A stretch of DNA of 62,718 nt from a virus (lineage: Duplodnaviria; Heunggongvirae; Uroviricota; Caudoviricetes). The stretch lies in the IMG/VR virus record IMGVR_UViG_3300015365_000054. One strand, given 5' to 3'. Each line of letters opens with the position of its first letter. The stretch's first letter is position 1. Below are positions 58,001-62,718 of the stretch, in pieces. The notes beneath the pieces were generated by a model. It was not told the DNA's origin. It made no database searches and saw nothing but the letters and a program-made list of their open reading frames with translations. The translations under genes and the position numbers were made by a program.

Positions 58001-60405
58001 ATTCCCCATAATGTTATGGTTCCTTCTATAATGGTATTGTTAATTACTTTATTTCTTCTTATATCCGATTCAATCGAAACGATATCGCCAGCAGTCGCTA
58101 CAGATTGGTCAACGTGGAATTGATTACCCCAATCATCTCCGAGAGTTACTACTGCTCCATTTACTGCGGTTATAGTAAATGATTTTCCCGCCAATGCCCC
58201 ACTATGGAATTTTAATATTCTTCCCACTGGAGAACATAATATTCCAGTGTTATTAATCACTGGGCTGGCATCGTCTGTTAATGTTATTTGCGAATTCCAT
58301 CCACCTTGAGTTAATAGAATTACATTGGCACCAACAGAATGCGAATTGGCGAAAGTTGCGCTAAGAGATAATTTAGCGTCGTTGATTTTATAATAATTTA
58401 CTACATCAGTTCCTATTTGAATAGTTCCTGAGTATGGAAACGCCCCAATATTCGTTACTGATATCGTTTCTAAGTATCCATTTATTGGAGTTTGTAACGT
58501 ACCAACTACAGGTGCACCTATTGTTGTTGTTAAGAAAGGCGCACCATTTTCACTTGCAATAGCGTCAAATGATAATGTTTCTTGGTTACTATATGCAAAT
58601 GTGTTATTCTCAATAACATTATCTGTTATTGGAAAGTAATAAGGTGCGGTAACTGCTAGATGTGGATGGAATGCCATACTAACTCTACCACCATGATATA
58701 TGTTATTCTTTATTCTAAGATGTTTACCGCTATGTACAGCTATACCACCAACATCTGGTTTTACTTTTAATTTTGTTGCTGTATTGTATAAGTATACAGG
58801 ACATATTGTTGCGCTAGGATCAAAGTTATTATTATTAGTTGCTAGGAATACACTACCTACAGAATATTTTTTTCCTGTTGTTCCACCAGCAATATTCCAA
58901 TTTGCCTGATTCGCTGCGATATTAGCAAAACTACCAAGAGAAATTATTCTATAATATCGACCAATTTGTATATCTGGAATGTTTATTGGTATACCAACCC
59001 CTAAACCAACAAGACCGAATCCACCAGCTGGTCCACCACTTCCTGCTGCTATATCACAAAGTTTATAATTATATGGAGCTGATGTTGCATAATCTCCATC
59101 ATATGTTAATAATAATTCACCGTTAATTTGTGTTCCGCTAGTATGGGTTGGTTCAAATGTTCCGAGACTACCTGTACCACCATTTGAAAGTTGTACGAGA
59201 TATACATTCGCTCCACTGCTATGTGTTGCTGCTGTGGTGAAGTTCATTCCTCTAATTGCTAGATTTATTGTACTTCCTGATGATGAACTGTATGCTATTT
59301 GTTCATTATCAATTAGTATATAACCACCAGTAGACACCAAGTGAGTTGAGTCTGATACAGTAATAGTTCCTAAACTACTTGTAGAAGATATTGCAGAACC
59401 TAAAGTACCAAGAGATGTGACTTTTCCTGTGACACGATAGCATTTATTAGTTGAATTGATTATGACCATTCCAGTCCAAGAATACCCAGCAGTAGCCATT
59501 GCTTGTGCCCAAGTAGTATTCCATACAACACCAACGCCACGTTGATCCATATCATAAATTGATGTGTCATGTGTGTTTATGATTGAGCTACTGTTTAATG
59601 TGAGACCTGCGAACTGTATTTCAGGATCTCCATTAGTGGTAGTACCATCACTGTTTTTTATGGTTGCGTCGGTTAATTGTTGTATAGAATAAAACTTATT
59701 ATCTGTAATATCTGCATTTGTTCCAGCTTGAACGTCTATTAAGGCTATTGGGAAAGAAGAATAACCATCAGCACCAGATTTATTATTAACAACTCTAAAT
59801 CCTGTTGGGCATGTTGGTTGTTTTGTGGCAGTTGAATAATCTGTTCCTGAGCTAAAATTGGTTACGCGAATAGCTTCATATGAACCGCTCCACTGACTGG
59901 TACCAAGAGGTTCGTTAAGTAGAGGATTTACGTTTAGTACTGCTCCGAATGTGTTGTTTGATATTTCCCAATTATTCTTATTATAATAAGATAGTATTGT
60001 AATATTCTTAATAGTCAGACCAGTTATTTTTGATGAATCACCAATGAACAAATATCTATGAATAGTATTTGTTGATGTTCCTGCTTGTATTGTACCACCA
60101 CCAAATACAGTAAGATTATCTGGTATAGTAACATCAGATGTTATTACTATAGTTAAATCTGATGGGATATATAATGCCTTTGATCCACCAGTTAATAGTG
60201 TAAGAGCATTGGTAAATGCATTGGTATCATCGGCTATACCATTTCCTATAATACCACCTAATGATTTTATGTTTAGATATGATGTTGAATCATATGTTGG
60301 GTTTGTTGAATTACCGACCCAAGAGGCACCATTCCATTTCCAAGAATTATTTCCTACGGTATATGTTTGCCCTAATGATGGACTTGCTGGAAAATTTATT
60401 GCCAT
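52078..60405 (-). CDS. Giant (2775 aa) tailspike-like protein with four tandem beta-helix modules
   Basis: Anchor module, then four G-x-G-(D/N)G..DDT-type N-caps: GNGIADDT, GDGISDDT, GDGVSDDT and ADGINNDT. Confidence 0.8.
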   Translation of the reverse strand: MAINFPASPSLGQTYTVGNNSWKWNGASWVGNSTNPTYDSTSYLNIKSLGGIIGNGIADDTNAFTNALTLLTGGSKALYIPSDLTIVITSDVTIPDNLTVFGGGTIQAGTSTNTIHRYLFIGDSSKITGLTIKNITILSYYNKNNWEISNNTFGAVLNVNPLLNEPLGTSQWSGSYEAIRVTNFSSGTDYSTATKQPTCPTGFRVVNNKSGADGYSSFPIALIDVQAGTNADITDNKFYSIQQLTDATIKNSDGTTTNGDPEIQFAGLTLNSSSIINTHDTSIYDMDQRGVGVVWNTTWAQAMATAGYSWTGMVIINSTNKCYRVTGKVTSLGTLGSAISSTSSLGTITVSDSTHLVSTGGYILIDNEQIAYSSSSGSTINLAIRGMNFTTAATHSSGANVYLVQLSNGGTGSLGTFEPTHTSGTQINGELLLTYDGDYATSAPYNYKLCDIAAGSGGPAGGFGLVGLGVGIPINIPDIQIGRYYRIISLGSFANIAANQANWNIAGGTTGKKYSVGSVFLATNNNNFDPSATICPVYLYNTATKLKVKPDVGGIAVHSGKHLRIKNNIYHGGRVSMAFHPHLAVTAPYYFPITDNVIENNTFAYSNQETLSFDAIASENGAPFLTTTIGAPVVGTLQTPINGYLETISVTNIGAFPYSGTIQIGTDVVNYYKINDAKLSLSATFANSHSVGANVILLTQGGWNSQITLTDDASPVINNTGILCSPVGRILKFHSGALAGKSFTITAVNGAVVTLGDDWGNQFHVDQSVATAGDIVSIESDIRRNKVINNTIIEGTITLWGIGSDSQISHNTLIGSKYGSYPYTGSGIDITSMFTYAVKNSTLLGGHYCYLAPSNLIVSDNIVSGSIAFYSINDFGTSEASAQMRNITLVNNKGSYCLLGPLTDFLQYGNNFARYSTANNPSSGSTLSTVHMKITADRSISTKDFGAIGDGISDDTVAINTALSAAANSNNKRIRIDGDCAVSSHITIPSGVEIYGGRITSLQSGGTRWIHLNTGSKVSNMYLKDMALDIPYDQNDISITDNTFEYNQAYLTIDRAININAGFGTGPKRLTISGNKKITGTPIMFIYADTMYDSDVSNNYWDNGAISLYNCNLTAGSPTSTGTLTTVGAPSLNPNNNLRLYLSDGTHIGIITAKTGDNTWTVVADSNPNTITNRTNVTIFARTNYSSGVYLGGGSRNIITNNTFIGGITGVILMPNTNVSRTPITDNIISNNTIKEINEESIGIDCRGNASYGAVYMTTTVTNSNSGGGYPVVLTMADNRGSDAGEVIGLVATFMSGRLKGKSFSIIYSAAANSIQLGDDFPGLSYGYDVAIGDVITLEIDMRRNRIINNSIINTLNAGTAGISCWGSGADTIIDGNTIMLSNVPSLNGGGVYGIAVVGLPTATASRTSTVLGSAVGAINPYNVIITNNKYTGLNSIKVDTFGASAYKMKNVTITGNRGGSCYLGNVTNVTEESNEWMDLNSLLLGSTFGGFVNKPHVSIEQFGVKGDGVSDDTPFFQQALDFVRTSGINKLIIKPTLTIKLTSDVTLPDNIEITGGGTITATSSIYLHLGNGTIVNGLTLIDVTLNSYYNKNDWHVINNTFDWNRQNDPVTNLNYNWQDVAVNVLNHEPTYDISTGVGFHETYPQRIKIKNNKRGSINPDYPKALAYIAATDDSEVSGNDWDITSQISATITNTNGTITTNTSDEFAGLTVTTNSLLRPYNTNLYTDKGEWVGIIWSYPWNWCTGSAMKYGDSIISDAVISGTRHYYRVTAVTGDAKLSTTAPTHLSGSATNGNVTLTYDGVCPISAPYKYKLRYGKDDQGIYKAIIKPGTDSSINQFVVGKTYRITDIGSDSGAQANWNTIVGTSGITYKVGMVITAVAQGSYNANYGEAQEAFLSTSNITLTNHPRMWAVAFLGGSRNVIKNNRITGGHVNIIFMPAPITHTYYDIPMTDNIISDNICSFSSEEGISFDGGGAAYMSSTTVASSINPVSANVVTLSNTIGATDIVKGRVLKFLSGSLKGQSFKITASTSNTVTLGDDFSGGQQWWYNTQFRKVTAGDLVTIETDVRRNKIINNTVIDGIIDLYGIGTDSVVAHNTMKSNLGRGFPTAISVVGLQQAPDKGLTMGDIIPCNVLIDGNISHGGNGVLVWGYADTSYPQNITITNNIGGMCTLDRVENVVRKNNRFIYCNTWGGHVTFAPEHGAVTPQDFGAFADGINNDTDAVQAWVNYHSTSSSATTGARVSAAYAPAGTYLLTKPIIFPNYTCNIYGDGVQNTQFVAKFTGYAGYSIFKAVPESTASFNSHWRDFAIYDGDTVYDNNTGIWSGGNTGIGVDLGLVDVYNSRFERLAIRSKGDAFYINGGFSNKFDSIVASSTNGHSFRVSCSNTCVWLNCYAAVCGTGKAGYRLDGVTNLIGCNGLNQGDYWGVFNQDPTSTDGFQADFINKRFTASCTGTTLTLSSGSLSVDEWVRSSDGTSLGKITATNVGGNPLVYTVTVGGTYVSQSMTSYITTSYCEVLLTNCNIEHFTKCGVRLQTAYKIVEFNGGKIDRAGMSSSFESYITARGQSNYTGLSATNGTYGVYNPIKLNVATIFNGSGVPNGDGTLSAYTPYLYSSVNGSFVDTTGAFYAAGISTYYSGGGTYTIPRIGTTYDSGVSAFSVGSIQAGKFVTGTMKYGTPSAFTPSGTNQTIDVTGYTKVTVTPASSGTTVNKATFTSADLSRNGDLLIEAGNDNLTIVHSASGADTFRLTGSSNINMAAGQILRFCRSVTSSQWIQV

Positions 60406-60419
60406 TTATTGTCTACCTT

Positions 60420-61406
60420 TTACCAAGCTGTTGCTATTACTATTCCATCACCACCACGACCACCATTACCACCAACTGATCCGGAACCAGTCAGACATCC
60501 ACCACCACCACCACCTCCGCAACCGTATGCACCATTACCACCATTACCACCAGATGAACCAGCACCAGCAGAGCCACCAGATGACGCACCACCAGCACCA
60601 CCATAGAAAAATCTCAATTGTTTAAGTGGTTGAAAACCATTACTTCCTGATACGCCACTTGTACCAGCAGCAGCACCACCAGTACCACCAGATGATGTAG
60701 GAAACGCACCAACACCAGTTATATTTCCTCCGGCGGATGTAGTAGCCGCAGCAGCACCCAATCCACCACCAGCAGCACCGCCAGTTACGATTAATCCGCT
60801 TGCAGGAAGAGCTATGTTACCACCACCAACAGTAGTGCCACCAATTATGCCAGCTTGACCTGCAATTGTTATGTTACCGATTGTTACCGCAGTATAGAAC
60901 GTGCCCATTCCAGCCAATGGTGCATTAGCTACAGTATTCGCTGTCCCTGCCGCACCCGCACCACCAGCAGTGGCACCAGATGCGTTTGTACCAGCAGCAC
61001 CCGGAGAAACAGATAGCAACAAATTATTGGCAGTAAGACTGTTAGCATCAATTGATATAAATGTATTGATTCCTGATGAACCAGCAGTAGATACTGTGGT
61101 TGATCCTGTACCACCAGCACCACCATACCCAACTGATATAAAAAGTATGTCTGGTATAGCCCAAGCGGGAAATATAATATTTCCTTGTGCACTGGATCCA
61201 CCGCCACCACCGCCAGCAGCAGTTGAGTTGGCACCACATACCCCACCGCCACCGCCAGCACCACCAGCTAATCCAAAGAAGTGCACAAAATTTACACCAC
61301 GAGGTTTGCGCCATGTGTGCCAACCAACACCAGCAGCAGCTGAGTTAGCATTGAATATTTGAACATCACCTTTAAATGAAGATGGTATATCAAAAAAATC
61401 TAACAT
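60420..61406 (-). CDS. Glycine-rich virion protein
   Basis: TWRKP.GV.....GGAGGGGG ... GGNGGRGGDG.V...W Gly-rich domain. Start MLDFFD overlaps the upstream stop (TAATG). Confidence 0.75.
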   Translation of the reverse strand: MLDFFDIPSSFKGDVQIFNANSAAAGVGWHTWRKPRGVNFVHFFGLAGGAGGGGGVCGANSTAAGGGGGGSSAQGNIIFPAWAIPDILFISVGYGGAGGTGSTTVSTAGSSGINTFISIDANSLTANNLLLSVSPGAAGTNASGATAGGAGAAGTANTVANAPLAGMGTFYTAVTIGNITIAGQAGIIGGTTVGGGNIALPASGLIVTGGAAGGGLGAAAATTSAGGNITGVGAFPTSSGGTGGAAAGTSGVSGSNGFQPLKQLRFFYGGAGGASSGGSAGAGSSGGNGGNGAYGCGGGGGGGCLTGSGSVGGNGGRGGDGIVIATAW

Positions 61407-61837
61407 TAGTATGCACCAGCTATTGTAGTAACAGACCATCCACTAGCTAACGCAGAACCTGCGCTTATACCAACAACAATACGATAACCAGGAGGCAATG
61501 CGAAATTCAATGGATAATCTATATCAACAGTTGATGCTGTTGTTGATGCTGTTACTGATGGAAGAGAAATTTCTCCATAAAAAGAATTATTACTTGCTGT
61601 TGTATTAGATGATCCGTTATTGATGTATATTCTAGCGACAGAAACGGCATTAGTACCTAAAGATTTAAATCTTAATCTTTGAACGAATCCACCATTAGTA
61701 GCGTCAGCTGTAAATATGATCGCATTATTTGTTCCTGTTCCATTATAGTCCGAAACAATAGTAGTTCCTATGGTAGCTGAACCATTAAGACCTATTGCTG
61801 CAACTCTCGAGTAAATCGGTGTACTATTACCTGCCAT
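61406..61837 (-). CDS. Hypothetical beta-rich virion protein
   Basis: GAGG RBS and CTAAATA at 61864-61870; beta-sandwich-like composition ending GAY. Confidence 0.65.
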   Translation of the reverse strand: MAGNSTPIYSRVAAIGLNGSATIGTTIVSDYNGTGTNNAIIFTADATNGGFVQRLRFKSLGTNAVSVARIYINNGSSNTTASNNSFYGEISLPSVTASTTASTVDIDYPLNFALPPGYRIVVGISAGSALASGWSVTTIAGAY

Positions 61838-61866
61838 TGTGCGATCCTCTTTAAATTATTAATTAT

Positions 61867-62718
61867 TTAGGGTAGATTGTATCCCATATAAGACGAATGA
61901 ATTATTCCATAACTTGTTGAGATTCCTTGCACCCCTTGGATTCCTTGAGAAGCCTGTGGACCTTGGAGACCCTGAAGACCTTGTAATCCTTGCAGACCTT
62001 GTAGCCCTTGCGTTCCTTGTGGACCTTGTATATTAGCAGAAACCCAACCAAGAGTACCATTTCCATCAGTAGTTGATAGAATTTGTCCAGTAGTGCCTTG
62101 AGTTGGAGGTAATGTTAGATAATAATATTGACTCATCCCAGCTGGAGGTGCAATTGAGACGTATTGATAATTGGTATCGTAGTCTGGTGATAAAATGAAT
62201 AAAGGAGTTAGTGAAACTCCACCTGGAAATCCTACTTGATATGGTATTCCAGTATCTGTATCTAATGTGTACATATTCAATTGAGAATATCCACCAACTG
62301 AAGTCATACTTATGTAGCCAGTACCAATTGTGTTAGTAACAGGAGAAATTACAATTTCACTGGTGGCTGTTATTGTACTTCCCCATATTGTATTAGGGGT
62401 GACGTCACCTATTACTGGAGGCGAGGAAAGATTTATACTTGCTCCGCTTCCCTGTATTCCTTGAATTCCCTGAGAAGCCTGTGGACCTTGGAGACCCTGA
62501 GTTCCTAGTGTGCCTTGAGTACCTATAGTTCCTTGTGATCCGATGGTACCCTGTGATCCGATGGTTCCCTGCGTACCTAATGTTCCCTGTGTACCAACAG
62601 TTCCCTGAGTACCAACAGTCCCTTGAGTACCTAGTGTACCTTGTGATCCGATGGTTCCCTGAGTCCCTACAATGCCCTGTATTCCTGAAGTACCTTGTGA
62701 TCCTATAGTTCCCTGAGT
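61867..62718 (-). CDS. Collagen-like (Gly-X-Y) fibre protein, 5' end beyond the window
   Basis: The frame is open from 62718 through the track's ATG at 62307 (TQGTIGSQG..GLQGPQASQGIQG..ISMTSVGG). It has two G-x-Q repeat tracts sharing a 30-bp exact repeat (61946-61975 = 62471-62500). Confidence 0.85.
   Translation of the reverse strand, partial: TQGTIGSQGTSGIQGIVGTQGTIGSQGTLGTQGTVGTQGTVGTQGTLGTQGTIGSQGTIGSQGTIGTQGTLGTQGLQGPQASQGIQGIQGSGASINLSSPPVIGDVTPNTIWGSTITATSEIVISPVTNTIGTGYISMTSVGGYSQLNMYTLDTDTGIPYQVGFPGGVSLTPLFILSPDYDTNYQYVSIAPPAGMSQYYYLTLPPTQGTTGQILSTTDGNGTLGWVSANIQGPQGTQGLQGLQGLQGLQGLQGPQASQGIQGVQGISTSYGIIHSSYMGYNLP

Noticed and set aside
60209-60625. Pro-rich and His-rich plus-strand ORFs (60409-60606, 60209-60625)
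   Set aside because: They are reverse-complement readings of GGT-rich glycine codons in 60420-61406.
753-61362. Numerous plus-strand ORFs of 60-160 aa in the track
   Set aside because: All lie antisense to well-supported minus-strand genes, lack motifs, and are expected codon-bias shadows.
61920-62718. 9/18-bp periodic repeats as a CRISPR array or VNTR
   Set aside because: They are in-frame Gly-X-Y collagen codons without a repeat-spacer structure.
1-62718. tRNA, rRNA, CRISPR arrays, integrase or IS elements, and stop-codon reassignment
   Set aside because: None was recognised by eye, intergenic gaps are short, and core genes translate full length in the standard code. tRNAscan/Infernal were not run.

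Overview
This is a 62.7 kb AT-rich segment of a T4-like myophage genome with essentially all genes on the minus strand. Read right to left (transcription direction), it has four blocks. (1) A ~25 kb receptor-binding and virion-appendage block with collagen-like, Gly-rich, multiple tailspike beta-helix and GH5/SGNH glycan-degrading proteins. (2) The conserved late morphogenesis block gp13-gp14-gp15-gp16-gp17-gp18-gp19-gp20-core-gp21-gp22-gp23-gp3, with two free-standing GIY-YIG homing endonucleases. (3) Three paralogous helical-repeat proteins carrying T4 internal-protein-type N-termini. (4) uvsY-uvsW-gp55-gp47-gp46, peptide deformylase, a CobT-like vWA/CobS AAA+ pair, a glycosyltransferase-like gene and dNMP kinase. 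The most striking system is the terminase large subunit, which carries two inteins, each invaded just after its first motif by an endonuclease with its own embedded late promoter. Intein 1 stays contiguous while a 278-aa Vsr/DUF559-like endonuclease is encoded inside it in another reading frame. Intein 2 is atypically split, with a GIY-YIG endonuclease fused to the short N-intein, so it needs trans-splicing. A second unexplained signal is an identical 56-bp element, found upstream of uvsY and in the tailspike block, each copy forming part of a perfect antisense sigma70 promoter. All calls come from motif recognition by eye; no searches were run.
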